DNA from: Lama guanicoe
Lineage: Eukaryota
DNA: 64,000 bases
NCBI GenBank assembly: GCA_013239625.1
Contig: MU056050.1
Coordinates: forward strand, 6,465,715 to 6,529,714
Reading direction: 5' to 3'
Shown: piece after piece, positions 1-12,370 of the stretch
How the letters are laid out: the number at the start of each line of letters is the position of its first letter
Numbering within the stretch: position 1 is the stretch's first letter
The notes under the pieces: generated by a model
What the model was told of the DNA's origin: nothing
What the model saw: the letters and a program-made list of their open reading frames with translations, nothing else
Database searches by the model: none
Position numbers and translations under genes: made by a program

Positions 1-146
1 CTTTATCTCTGATAATAACTTTTGCTTAATATCTACTTATTTAATATTGCTGTTCCAATTTCTTGTGATTAGTGTTAGCATGGTATATCTTTTTTCCATA
101 CTTTTACTTTTTAACCTATTTTCAACTTTATAGTTAAAATGCTTTA

Positions 147-637
147 CAGATAGTCCCTGACTGGTTCAGCTTATGATTTCTTGATTTTACAATGGTGTAG
201 AGTGATACATACACATTCAGTAGAAACCATACTTCAAATTTGGAATTTTGATTTTTTCCTAGGCTAGCAGTATATGCAGTATATCCTATGCTGGATGGAA
301 CAGTGAGCTAGAGCTCCAAGTCAGCCATGTGATCCTTAGGGTAAACATATACTTAGAACCATTCTGTACCCAGACAGCCATCCTTTTTGTCAGTTTCAGT
401 ACAGTAGTCAATGAATTACATGAGATATTTAACATTTTATTATAAAATAGGCTTTGTGTTAGATGATTTTGCCCAACTGTAGACCAATGTAAGTGTTCTG
501 AGCATGTTTGAGGTAAGCTAGTCTAAGTCATGGTGTTCAGTAGGTTAGGTGTATTAAATGCATTTTCACCTTACATTATTTTCAGCTTACCAGTGGTTTA
601 CTGGGACATAACCCCAACGTAAGTAGAGGAAGATCTG
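147..637 (-). mobile_element. TcMar-Tigger non-autonomous DNA transposon (MER47-like)
   Basis: TA-flanked; inverted ends CAGATAGTCCCTGACT / AGTAGAGGAAGATCTG; internal sequence matches the recalled MER47 consensus. Confidence 0.8.
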
Positions 638-2170
638 TACTTGTAGGCAGCATATAATTGGTTCTCACTTTTATTTCCAGTCTGACAATTTCTGCCTTTT
701 ATTTGGGTATTTAAACCATTTACATTTCATTTGATTATTTATATAGTTACGTTTAAATCTATCATTTTTTAATCTGCTTTCTATTTGTCCCATCTGTTCT
801 TTGTTTCCTTTTTTCTGGCTTCTTTGGGACTAATTAAATATTTTTATGGTTCCTTTTTATCTCATTTATTTGTTTATCAGCTATGACTTTGTTTTGTTAT
901 TTTAGTGATTACTTTTAGGTATATAGTAAACATCTTTAATTTATCACACTTTATCTTCGAGTGGTATATACCACATAACCTATACTATAAAAACATATTT
1001 ACAATATGTTTCTCCCCTCCCAGCCTTTGTGCTACTGTTGTCATACATTTTACATTTATGTATGTTATAAATCTCACACCACATTTATTATTATTATTAT
1101 TACTGCTTTAGCAATCCACTATCTAAGATATTTAAATAATTTTAAAGTATTATATATTTACCTGTGTAGTTACTATTTCTTCCTTCCTTTGTGTAGATCC
1201 ATATTTTCATCTGTTATCATTTTCCTTCCACTTCTTGTATTATGTGTCTGCTGGTAATGAAGTCATTCAACTTTTGTATGACTGAAATGTCTTTGTTTGG
1301 CCTTCCTTTTTGAAAGATATTTTTGCCAGATATGGAATCCCTGGTTGATAGTTTTTTTTCTTTCAGTTTTTAAAAGATTTTGCTCCATAGTCTTCTCATT
1401 TGTGTTGTTTACAATAAGAAATCTTATCTTTCTTTCTCTGTACATAAGATGCCCTTTCTCTCTGGCTGCTGTTGAGATGTTCTCTTTATCACTGATTCTG
1501 AGAAATTTGATTATAATACGCCCTGGTGTCATTTTCTTCATATGTCTTGTACTTGGAGTAGTTGGAGTATGCTGAGTTCCTTGGATCTCTGGGTTTGTAA
1601 TTTTCATCAAATTTGGAAAAATTTTGGCCATTATTTCTTCAAACATTTTTTCTGTTTCTACCTGTCTATTTTTCTCCCTCAGGGACTCCATCTATATTTA
1701 GATCAGGACACTTGAATTTTTCCTATAGCTCACTGATGTTCTGTTCATTTTTTTCATTCTTCTTTTCTGTATGTGTTTTATTTTGAATCCTTTCTATTGC
1801 TTTGTGTTCAAGTTCACTAGTTTTTTCTACTGCCGTGTCTAGTCTGCCATCAATCCCATGCAATGTATTTTTCACCTCACGTGTTGTAGTTTTCACCCCT
1901 ACAAGTTTGATTTGGGTATTTAAAAAATATCTTCCATGTCTCTACTTAACTTTTTCAATGTCTGAAGTACAGTTATAATAACTATTTTAGTGCCCATTTA
2001 CTAATTCTAGCATCTGTGTCAGTTCTTGTCTGATTTCAATTAATTGATTGACCTCCTTCTTATGGGCCACAGTTTCCTGCTCCATCAATGCCAGGTAACT
2101 CTTTTATTGGCTACCAGACATTGTGAATTCTACTTTGTTGGGTTCTTTAATATGCCCTTATTTATATAAT

Positions 2171-2371
2171 CAGTGATTCTCGATTAGGGATGATTTTGTT
2201 TGTCTGGAAACATTATTGATTGTTACAACTGGAGAGTGGTAATTGGCATCCGACCATCCAATAAGTAGAGGCCAGGTGTGATGGTAAACATCCTATGATG
2301 CACAGGACAGCCCCCACAACAAAGAATTATCCAGCTCAAAATGTCAGTTGTTCTGAAGTTGAGAAACCCTG
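2171..2371 (+). mobile_element. MER20 hAT-Charlie DNA transposon
   Basis: CAGTGATTCTC...gcacaggacagcccccacaacaaagaattatccag...gttgagaaaccctg, typical of MER20. Confidence 0.85.
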
Positions 2372-3351
2372 CTATAAATATTCTTGAACTTTGTTCTGAG
2401 ACTCAGTTAAGTGTCTTGGAAAGTGTTTGATCCCTTTGGGTCTTGTTGTTAAGCTTTGTTAGATGAGACCAGAGCAGTGCTCAGTCTAGGGCTAATTATT
2501 CCCAAATATCAAGGCAAGACATTCTGTGCACCCTACCCAATGCCTCAATGTTAACTGGTTGGGAACTGGCACCATTCCCAGCCCTGTGTGAGTTTGGAGC
2601 ACTGTTCTCTCTAATCCTTTAGTATGGTTCTCTCTCCAGCATCAGACAGTTTCCTCACACATGCTCACGAACCTGCACAGAGTTTGTTCCATCCCCACTT
2701 CACCCCCAGCATCCACCATACCTCCTCAGGATGTCCTAGAGATGCCTCACAGTCACTATTTCTACTCTCACCCCAACCTCAGATCTACTCCTCCTTCCAT
2801 ATCTAGGGAATGATGCCAGTCCCCTAAGCTTAAAATCCAGGAGTCACCCTCCACTCTTGCCTCCTCCCCCCACCATTCAATCAGCCAATTTGGTCTTGCC
2901 AGTGTCTCCTGCATTCTGTTCTTACTTTCCACCACCACCATCACCCCGCGCCCCCCCCCATTGTCCCTGCCCTAACTTGGGCCATCATCACCTCTTGCTT
3001 GAACCCTTCACAGGAGAGCTCCAATTTGCATCTCCAACACCCCCTGCCACTCCTCCTATACACCCTCATTTCCAGTGCTACAGAAGTTTTCACTGCTTAT
3101 CAAGCAGGCCATGTCCTTTCACAACTCTGTGCTTTTGCACACGCTACTCTCCTTGCCTGAAGTACAGTTCCTCTCTTCTTTGTCTGGCAAACTCCTTCTC
3201 ATACTTCAAGAGCCAGCTCAAAAGTCACCTCTTCTGTCAAGCTCTCCTTGATTTCTTGAGACATCTATTCACTCCTGCCTCTCTATTCTCCTACTGTGTC
3301 TTCTCCAAAGTGTGTTCTGTTCACACTTTGTTAATAATACTGGTCACATCT

Positions 3352-3630
3352 GGTTGAATGAGGTCATAAGGGTGGAGCCCTAATTCCATAGTTCTGTGGC
3401 CTTATAAGAAGAGAGAGAGAGCAAGAAACATCCACCCTTCTCCCTGCCATGTGAGGACACAGCAAAAAAGTGGCTGTCTGCAAGCCAGGAAGAGAGTCTC
3501 ACCAGAACCTTACCATGCTGGCACCCTGACCTCAGGCTTCTAGCCTCCAGGACTGTGACAAATAAATTTCTGTTGTTTAAGCCACCCAGGCCATGGTATT
3601 TTGTTACAGCAGCCTGAGCTGACTACTACA
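3352..3630 (+). mobile_element. MaLR LTR (MLT1A-like)
   Basis: gccatgtgaggacacagc...aataaatttctgttgtttaagccacccag...gttacagcagcctgagctgact. Confidence 0.8.
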
Positions 3631-4139
3631 ATGCTTAATACCTGATGAATGCATTTCTAAGTGAATTTCTAAGGAAGGAAGAGAAGAAGGAGAGATGGAA
3701 TGAATGGGAAGAGAAGATGAAGTAAGAAAGCTGGAAACAAGAGAAGGATAAGAAAAACTAAGGAAACAGGAGGAAGAAGGCAGAGGGTGGGACTAAGCTC
3801 ACAAGAGAGCTAACTTCTCAGTGGAGACCATCCCATGCCCAGGGAACCACTGCCAAGATGAAGGCAGGCGGGTACAGGCCCAAGGGCCAGTGCTGAGCAT
3901 CCAGGCACAGGATTTTATAGATGTGCTTTTCCCCTAAAGGGGCTACAGTCTGCTTTTCTCAGAAGCTATGTCCTCCAGGAAAGGACCCAGTGCCTGCGGC
4001 TTTTGGAAGGAAGCACCTTGGCTCTTTGGCAGGGCAACAGCTGGGTGCCCTGGCTTCCCCCAGCTGCTAGAGAGACAAGGAGAGTGTTTACCCAATGGCC
4101 TGAGTGTCCTCAGAGGACTTGGCTCTCAGTTACACAGCA

Positions 4140-4920
4140 AGCAGCTGGCTCCGGAGGGGCCGTGTCCTGGGCGCTGCGACTCGGCGCCTCTGGTCATGTT
4201 TAAGCCTCCACCGTGAAAATACTTCCTCCACCCGCATCCTCCCCCGGTGGGGTTGAGGGTGCTCCTTTACGAACTGGGACCTAGCAGGTGGCTTTTTTTA
4301 AAAAACGCTGGTTCTAGCCGAACACTCCCAAAAACGAACGCAGAGTTTTCTGTCGCCCCGGGCTTGTGCAGCTTGGTTGCAAACTCTGCTACCGGCTGCA
4401 GCAGACAGCCGCCGTCTTTCCAGTAAGAAGACATTTCCTGGCGAGGAACCAGGCCGGGCCGGCGGGCGGCGGGCAAGGCAGTGCCAGCCAGCCCCGGAAG
4501 CCACGCGCTCCATCCGCCCCCAGGGACGAGTGCAGCGCCTCTCGGTGCCCGGGCCGGGATCAGTCCCCCGATGTCTCCCCCGCCGGCCGGGGGTCGGGGG
4601 AGGACAGCGTGTCTCTCTCTGAGTCCTGCGACTTGGGGGTTCTGGCCCCACCCACCAGTCAGGGCTCCTGGCCAAAACGAGCCTGACATTCAGAAACGGT
4701 ATGATCACTTTGGGGGAACGGGGAGAGATTTGGGGTGGGGTGAGGAGCTGGTGAGTTGCAGGGAGATGCGGCTTTGAGACCCGTTCCCCCGCGCAAGCAT
4801 CCTGCTTGCAATGCGTGTTCACTGCTAGGCCCAGCCCCGCGGTTAGCTGGGTGCAGGGACGAGACAGGACCGAGGGCTGGTTCTTTATCCTATTGTTTTC
4901 ACGCATCAGAAAGGGCTCCT
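4140..4920. promoter_or_regulatory. Intergenic CpG island (candidate distal regulatory element or non-coding promoter)
   Basis: Sharply GC- and CpG-rich stretch (e.g. ggccgggccggcgggcggcgggc) in otherwise CpG-depleted DNA; no recognisable coding exon. Confidence 0.7.
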
Positions 4921-5003
4921 CGCAAGCATATTCTGCTAGCCCCAGCTTTCCTGACGAAATAGACCTTTGCTTTGCCCATTCTATCCAGGATAGGGTTTTT
5001 GTG

Positions 5004-5081
5004 TTTGGTTGTTTTTCTTTTCTTTCTTTCTTTTTCTTTCTCTTTTTCTTTTTCTTTTTCTTTTTTTTTTTTTTTTTTTTT
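5004..5081. repeat. T-rich / (TTTC)n low-complexity tract ending in poly-T
   Basis: Seen directly in the sequence. Confidence 0.9.
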
Positions 5082-5574
5082 ATGGAAGAGTGGAGCCACA
5101 CCCTCCCCTGGAAACTGGGAGCACCCAGAAGTCCACACTCTCCTGCCTGGCTCTTTAGCCATGCTTTTGAAACATTATCACTTGGGCACATCATCTGGGG
5201 TCTTTGTTAAAATGCAGATTTTAATTGAGAAGAGCTGGATGGGGCCTGAGTTCTGCATTCCTAACAGGCTCCCAGGTGATGCAGCTGCTGCCGTGGACCA
5301 CACTTGGAGGAGCAAGGGGTAGAGCATTGCTCTTAACTGCAGCTGCACAGTAAAATCACCTGAGGAGCCCCAAACACTTTCACTTTGATAAGCAAGTCAT
5401 CTTAAGTGTTCTCGCCACACACACAAAAAGGTTAACTGTGCAGTGATGGATTTGTCAACTCCATTGTGTAATCATTTCACAATGTATACATATATTAAAT
5501 CATCATGATGAACACCTTTAAAAAATCATATTGTTTTAATATATAATTAAAATGGTAATTTTCATTATAGTAAA

Positions 5575-5780
5575 ATAATAAATAGACAAATAGCAAGGAC
5601 CTACTATATGGCACAGGGAACTATATTCAATTTCTTGTAATAACATATAATAGGAAAGAATCTGAAAAGAAAAGATATATATGTATGTATATGTATAACT
5701 GAATCATTTTGCTGTACACCTGAAACTAACATTGTAAATCAACTACACTTCAATAAAATTTTCAAATAAATAAATAAAAA
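5575..5780 (+). mobile_element. Short lineage-specific L1 3' end inserted in an older L1 3' end
   Basis: caaggacctactatatggcacagggaactatattcaa...aataaa followed by an A-rich tail. Confidence 0.8.
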
Positions 5781-6149
5781 TATTCTGATATAAAAAAACA
5801 TATTGTCCAACCAAAATATACATCCTTTAAATTTATCATTCATACCTAAATAAAGCTAAGGGAAAAACTAATTAGGCTAGGCCCTACTTCATATATTTCT
5901 GATTTAAATGATCTGGGGTGGGGCCAGACTTTTTTATTTTTAATTAGGCTTCTCCGGTGATTATAAGGGGCACCCAGGATTGAGATCCACTGGTCAAAGC
6001 AGCTGTGAAGAGGGACTTACGCTGTAGCCAAGGACATTGACTCCATATTGGGCCCAACAGTAGGGTTCAGTTCATGGCCAAGATTCAGAATTCAGTTTGT
6101 GGTCAAAGAACATACTTGGTTCATATGGCTTCAAATACCTCAGCTTACC

Positions 6150-7850
6150 TCACATTCATTCAATCATCAAATATTTATTGAGCCATTATATTGTGCTCGG
6201 CACTGTGCTAGCTACTAAGGATTCAGCAGTGACTAAGACATGGAGCTGACAGTTCAGTGGTGGATATGGACAGAAATCAAATAACCACCAAAATAAATAC
6301 AAATGTACAATTGGATGACTGCTAGGAAGAATCTGATTTAACGTGTATATGGGGAGAGGGGCAAGAACATGACAATTAATTACCTGCAATCCAAAGGATG
6401 AATTGTCACTATCTAGGTGAAAGGGGGTGGGCTGGAGGGAAGGGAGAATGTTCCAGGCCGAGAGACTGACAGCACGGCAGTGTGGCCAGAATGCAGAGCT
6501 GAGAAGGCCACTTGTGTGAGGTGGCCACTTGTTTAAGGTGGAGATTGAGGGGCAGGGAGGTGCCTATATAGATCAGAGGTTCCCATTCCTGGCTGAAAAT
6601 TAAAATCCCCAGAGAATTTCAAAAAAAATATACCCTTATTTGGCATCCAACCCCAAAGTTCAGATTTAGTGATCTGGGGCCAAACCCAGGTACCAATATC
6701 TTAAAGTCTCCACAGGTGACTCTAATGTTGAGTCAAGGATAGGAATCATTTGCTTTAGAGTCACATTAAGGCTTTTGACATTTATCTCGAGAATGATGGG
6801 GAGGCATTGATATGTTTAAGCAGAGAGGTGACAAGATCAGATTTGCATTTTAAAGCAGGCTGGCTGCAGAGTGAACAGATTGGAGAGGGCAGAGTGTACA
6901 TGGAGATGTATTGCCTTAGACCAGGTGAGAAATGATAGTAGCTGGGGCTAGGGTGGTAGTGGAAAGGAGTGGATGAATTCAAGAGCTACTTAGGAGGTGA
7001 AATCAGCAGGACTCAATAATAGATCAGACGTGGGAAATAGAGAGGGGGAACTGTCAAGGATAATTTTCAGGTTTCAGACTTAGACAACTGATGGTGGTAG
7101 CACAGAGATAGAGAAGACTGGAAGAGTACCACATTTGGAAGGCAGGTCATAAGTTTGGTCCAAGTGAAGCTATCAAGTGTGTGGTTGGATAAGCTGTCTG
7201 AAGCTCAGAAGAGCGATCAGAGGTAGAGATATTCATTTGGGAGCCATCAGGATAGATATTTGAAGCCAGGGAGTGAATTGGTCACCTGGGGAAAGATCAT
7301 AGAATGGCAAGAGCAGAACTAGGAGAGACCTTGAAGAACTCCAATGTTTAATTGCTTGCTGTCCCAAGATCTGTACCATTGGGCTGTGCTAATCTTTCCC
7401 CTTCCTAATTGTTGTCATCTTTCTCTCTTTCTCTCATTCATTAGAGGCTTTTGGTAAAACAGCTGATGATTTTCTTCTCTTCCAGAAGTGCCCCATTATC
7501 ATGGGTGACTTGAATGTTCCTATGGATGTCCCTTCCAACGCCTCGGCCTCTGCATTCCTTAACCTCCTCACCTTTACCTTCTGCACCCCTCTCCAAGCCA
7601 CACTTACACAGTCACACCGGGGGTCTTGACATCGCTGTCAACTGTGCTACTTTAAAAGTGACTCTCCAGCCTCGCCTCTCAGCTACCTCCACATCCTCCA
7701 GTTTGCTCATGTTCTCTTTCCCATGAGAACTGTTCAACCTCTTCGGGAAGTCCGGTCCACTGATCCTTCTATTTTCTGCACTCAATCAGCCCTCTGCTTT
7801 CTTCACTTCTTCATTATCCAGCCTAGAGTCTCTGGCCTGTCACTCCATTA
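6150..7850. mobile_element. Cluster of old L2 fragments with a MER5-type insertion
   Basis: L2 3'-end motif cattcattcaatcatcaaatatttattgag and purine-rich L2 body; boundaries approximate. Confidence 0.6.
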
Positions 7851-8649
7851 CCATGGTGACTAAGCCTTCCCCAAAGATTGGCATTGGCACCCAGGCTCCC
7901 AGTAGATGCAGGGTAGGTGGGGTCAAGGCTCAGCTCTTTGGCAAGCCTGCAAAGAGCAGGCTTCTATGCTGCAAGTTAAAATTCAGACCTGAGTGCTCTG
8001 GGTACCAGGAATCCAGGTGGTGCAGTTATCATTTTTTTTTTGAAAATGGACATGCCTGCCATTCATTCTGGCTGGGACAAAAGGCTACCGCCCACCTCAA
8101 GCTGCTAAAATGCTCTGGGGCGAGGCCAAGAAGTTCCTCAAAGAAACAGCTGAGGATCAGCTCAAGTGTTTGAGCAAGTATTCAGATGGGGCATCAGAAT
8201 ATTGGGTCTTGGGGCATGAAAACATGATATTAGCCTGGATGGTTGGAGGATCTGATGTTTGAGTAGCACAGCCTTGGACCTAGGGCTGGAGATGGGCCAG
8301 CATTCTAGTCAGAGGGAATGGCAGAGGAAAAGGTGAGAAGGTAGGATGTGGGCAGCTCTCCCAGGGGACAGGGAGCAATCTCGTTTAGCTGGTACAAGGT
8401 GTCCAGGAAGGAGTTTGAGACCCCACTGTCTGCCCTGATCCTGATCCTGATCCCAGTAGGCTTACTGCTCATTTGACAAACCAATTCGCAGGCACGTCAT
8501 AATGACAGAAGGTAGGATTATTGGTGGGGAGAATCCCCCATCCAGGAATGGCAAGGATCTGCACAGACCGATTTAACATGTGCAAATGTATAGGCGCCCT
8601 GGGAAGAAGTCACCTAGGAGGGCTGGGGCCAATTACAGCCAGACTGTGG

Positions 8650-9295
8650 GTGCTCTAACCTGGGGCGCTTGGCTTTCTCTTGTGACACAGACCCCTTAGC
8701 TGTCTGATGAAGCCTATGGTCCGCTTCTCAGAATCATGTTTTTATTATTTTTTTAATCATGGGGGTTTTTTGTTCTTTATTTTAAAAATTGTTTGCATTT
8801 TTCATTGGAGTATAGTCAGTTTACAATGTTGTGTCAATTTCTGGTATACAGCATAATGTTTCAGTCATACTAGAATAATGTTTTTAAATGCATAAAATAG
8901 AATACAAAGGATTATAACAAAACCAATTATATTGAAACACAGCTATCAACACATTTTTAAAATTTGCGTTACATGTGCCTCAGTTTTAGCAATTAAATAA
9001 CAAGAGCTAGCAGTAGCCTTATAACTGTCATTATTCACAGTAGTGATGAGCATATTGATATTTTAAGATTCATTCAAATATGATATGAAAATGTGTGTGA
9101 TTCCTGTTGGTGGCCAAGTCACAGGCCCTCTAAGATCATGGTGGATTGTTGCCTGCATTCATGATCAAAGGAAATGCTAAAATGTACTTAAAAGAGAGCA
9201 GAAATGAAGATTCAGTTTTCCCCATCCAAGTTCACAAGCCCTCTGAATTCTAGCCACAGACTCCTTAGAAGCTCAGGGGCCCAGGTTAAGGATCC
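8650..9295. mobile_element. hAT-Charlie DNA transposon (MER119-like), split by a short L1 insertion at 8744-8871
   Basis: Inverted ends ctaacctgggg / cccaggttaag; internal gaagcctatgg...ttctcagaat.atgtttttaaatgcataaaat; L1 TSD agaat(c/a)atgttttt. Confidence 0.65.
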
Positions 9296-11509
9296 ACATA
9301 GTCTTCCTGGTGCTCATCTGTGGGAATCACCCTTTGCTTGAAGTCCCCTCACTGGAGGGCTCTTTTTCGGAGGCAGGGGTGGAACTGGAGACTGGATTTT
9401 TAGAAACAGCCTGTGGTCCCGCCTTCTCTCCGCTGTGCTCTTAGAGCCCCTGCTCTTTGGTTTCTCTTGTGGCAGGTAGAAGACTTTCCGTCTCAAGTGG
9501 GGTTCCTCCTTAGACGCGTGTCAGCTGAGTCAGATATACAGAAATATAGCCGCTGTGTATCCCCAGCTGTGCTAAGCACAGTGCCTGGCGTATGGCAGGT
9601 GGTCTATAACATTTTGGTTGGTTAGATGAATGAATGAATAAAATGTGTTCTCAGAGCCTCAGAATCAGACAGATGTTGGTACAAATTTAAATGCTGCTTC
9701 TGCTATTTCCTGACTTGACCTTGAACAAATTATTAAACCTTCTGGAGCCTCAGTTTCCACGCCTTGTGGAATGGAGACAGCAACAATCCCTGTTCCCTGG
9801 GGTCGTTGTGAGGATTGTAGAAAGAAGCCACACGTCAAGTGCTTAGCACAATCCTTGGTGTGACCTCAGCACTCGGTAAATTGTTCAAAGCAGGACGAAG
9901 GCCCCAAGAGGGCAAGCCTTGAAGGGACACTTCAGAGGGCAGCCCCAGAGGGTGGGACGATGTCACCAGCCTGTCACGTGACAGGGAGCAAGGCCTAATG
10001 GTTAGATTTCGCCCTCTTGAGCCAAACAGTCTGAGTTCATATTCCTGGCTGAGCCACTTAGTAGCTTACTTAACCTCAGTGTGCCTCAGGGTGTTCTAAA
10101 TTATTATTCTTTAATCTCTAAAATAGAGGTAATAATAAACCTACCTCATAGGGCTGTTGTGAAGGATTCAGCGAGGTAAGCTATGGGAAAGGCTGAGAAC
10201 AGTGTCTGGTTCATACGAATGGCTCGGTGAGTGTTCGGAGCTCCTATCACGGGGCTCTAGGAGGGAGGGGGCAGCAAATGGGCTTCAGCTGTGTCCTTGA
10301 CCTCCCCCGAGAAAAGACAGCATTCAACCCCGGCCTGGCAGAGCCCATTTAGACAGATATGCTCCCCCAACCCTCTGCTCCCAACCCCTCCCAAGCTGCG
10401 GCCGTCCAGTTTGTGCAGCTCTCTGCAGGGCTGTGAGCCTTGGCAGCGTGGGTGTGGGAGAGGCCAGCTCCCCCAGCTGAGGGCGCAGGAATGCAGCCCC
10501 CTTGTGCTCTGGGGAGGTGTTAGCCACAGGCTACAGGCAAAGGGAGTCCAGGTCCCCAAGCTGCCTGAAGTCGTCTAGGAGCAGAGAGGGATCATCCACT
10601 GAGACAGTCCCAGAGGCCCCCAGGCTTCTTTTCTGTTCAAATGCTCCCTTTGTTGCTAAGAAGTGGACCTACCCCACCCCACTGGCACCAGCCTGCCCAT
10701 TGTTTTCCTAAGAGACCATTCCCAGTCAAGAGCGCAGGCTACCTCTGTCTCACAGAAATGGCAGCCTGGAGAAGCCATGGCAGTGAGGGTATCATTTAAC
10801 CCCAATTCCCCACAGCTCAAGAGTCTAGAACAGGGCCCAGGGACAGGTGTCCTTGGGCAGACCCCAAAAGGGCTCAGAGAAGTCACTGAGAACATTTGGC
10901 CAGGCTCTTCCCCTGTGCTGGGCTAGCTATGGTGATTACTGCTTGGGGCCCTAACATCTGAGCACGGGGCACATGGCTAGAGTCTAATCTCAGCTCCATT
11001 TGAGCAAAGTGATGAGCCTTGTGGGTTTGTTCCAGAGGTGGGAAAGCATAAAAATAGCCCACCAGGGAGAGAGAGAGAGAGATTTCATAAATTGGTGTTC
11101 CTTCAGGCAGGTGAAGATGGATGACTCTGAGGTGAAAAGGGCTGGAGGGGTCCTTTCCCCAAATGGGAGGGGCCTCTTTGACTCCCTTGCAGCTCTGGGC
11201 TCTGAATCTGGCCAGTGGACGGCCTGCCTCTGACTTACCCAACCTCCCCAACCCTCCTCCCCGTGTCGGGTATCTGCTTGGGGATTTCTTGTCACCTCAA
11301 TACTCCCCTTCCACTCAGCTGAGAAAGAGGATAGAGGATTTCCCAGCTCTGTCTTCATCCACACGTTCTTGTTTCTAGAACCCTCTCTCAGCGTGTCTTC
11401 TGCTCAGTGATTCTCCACTACTAAAGGATAAACTTTCAACTTCTCTGAGGCTTATAACCCCAAATGACTTTTTAGAACTAGAAAGGGTTTTCTAAATCAC
11501 ACCATCCTT

Positions 11510-11636
11510 GGGGGAGGATATAGCTCAGTGGTAGAGTGTGTGCTTAGCATGCATGAGTTCTTGGGTTCAGTACCCAGTACCTCCATTAAAATAAGTAAAT
11601 AAATAACCTCATTACCTCCCCAGCCCAATAATAAAT
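11510..11636 (+). mobile_element. tRNA-derived SINE (camelid Vic-1 type)
   Basis: GGGGAGGATATAGCTCAGTGGTAGAG (A box)...GGGTTCAGTACCCAG (B box), A-rich tail, degenerate TSD aatca...catcct. Confidence 0.85.
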
Positions 11637-11829
11637 AATCATGTCATCCTAACCTCTTGTTTTCACAAATAATGAAATTGAGGCCCAGAGAGGAGAAGTT
11701 TCCTGGCCAAGACCACATGACAAGATACTGGCAAGGCTAGACCCCCAAAGCCAGATTTCCTGACCCCCAAATTCAAGCCCTTTACACAACACTACTCTGC
11801 TTTTACCAACCTCATCTGTCTGTTGCTGT

Positions 11830-12370
11830 GTACAAGTCACCCCAAACCTTGGTGACTTAAGACCACAGCCATCATTTTATCATGTCTCATGGTTCCTGGG
11901 GATCAGGAATTTGGGAAGGGCTAAGCTGGATGGTTCAGGCTCAAGGATCCCTCCTAAAGCTGCAATCAGAGAGTGACTCGAGCTGGAGCAGGAGGGGGTG
12001 GGGAGGATGGGGCTGCAGCAGTTGGGGACAGGCCAGGCATCTCTCTCTTGGTGTTGTCTCGGAGACTCTTCCTGTGATCTCTCCCTGTGAGCTGGCTTGG
12101 GCTCCCTCACAGTATAGCAACACTCAAACAAATCAGAGGGTGGCTTCAGTTTTCAAGAGTGAGGATTCCAGCAGGCAAGGTGGAAGCTGTATCTCCTTTT
12201 ATGACCTCACCTCCAAAGTCACCTAGCCTCACTTCTACCATAGGAGCCTGCCTGGCTTTGGGAGGCAGGAACCTAGACAGCCCCTACACCTCCAAGGTGG
12301 GGACAGTGCCAAAGTCACACTGTCAGAAGCACGTGTGGGACGGGAGGTATTTTTGCAGCCATCTTGGGAA
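11830..12370 (-). mobile_element. Old MaLR LTR (MLT1-type)
   Basis: Degenerate MLT1 motifs; boundaries approximate. Confidence 0.55.

Larger units (their letters stand above)
1..2650 (-). mobile_element. Old degraded L1 (L1M-type) 5'/ORF1 region, interrupted by DNA transposons
   Basis: Minus-strand ORF 1263-1691 resembles L1 ORF1p (EEIMAKIFPNL...IIIKF...AAREK). Confidence 0.75.

Noticed and set aside
4298..5194. 298-aa minus-strand ORF with a poly-Lys run, plus overlapping GC-rich ORFs
   Set aside because: Produced by the poly-T tract and the stop-poor CpG island; no recognisable protein.
11510..11585. tRNA-like sequences (also near 29807 and 41507)
   Set aside because: Heads of tRNA-derived SINEs with A-rich tails (TSDs visible for two of the three); not functional tRNA genes.
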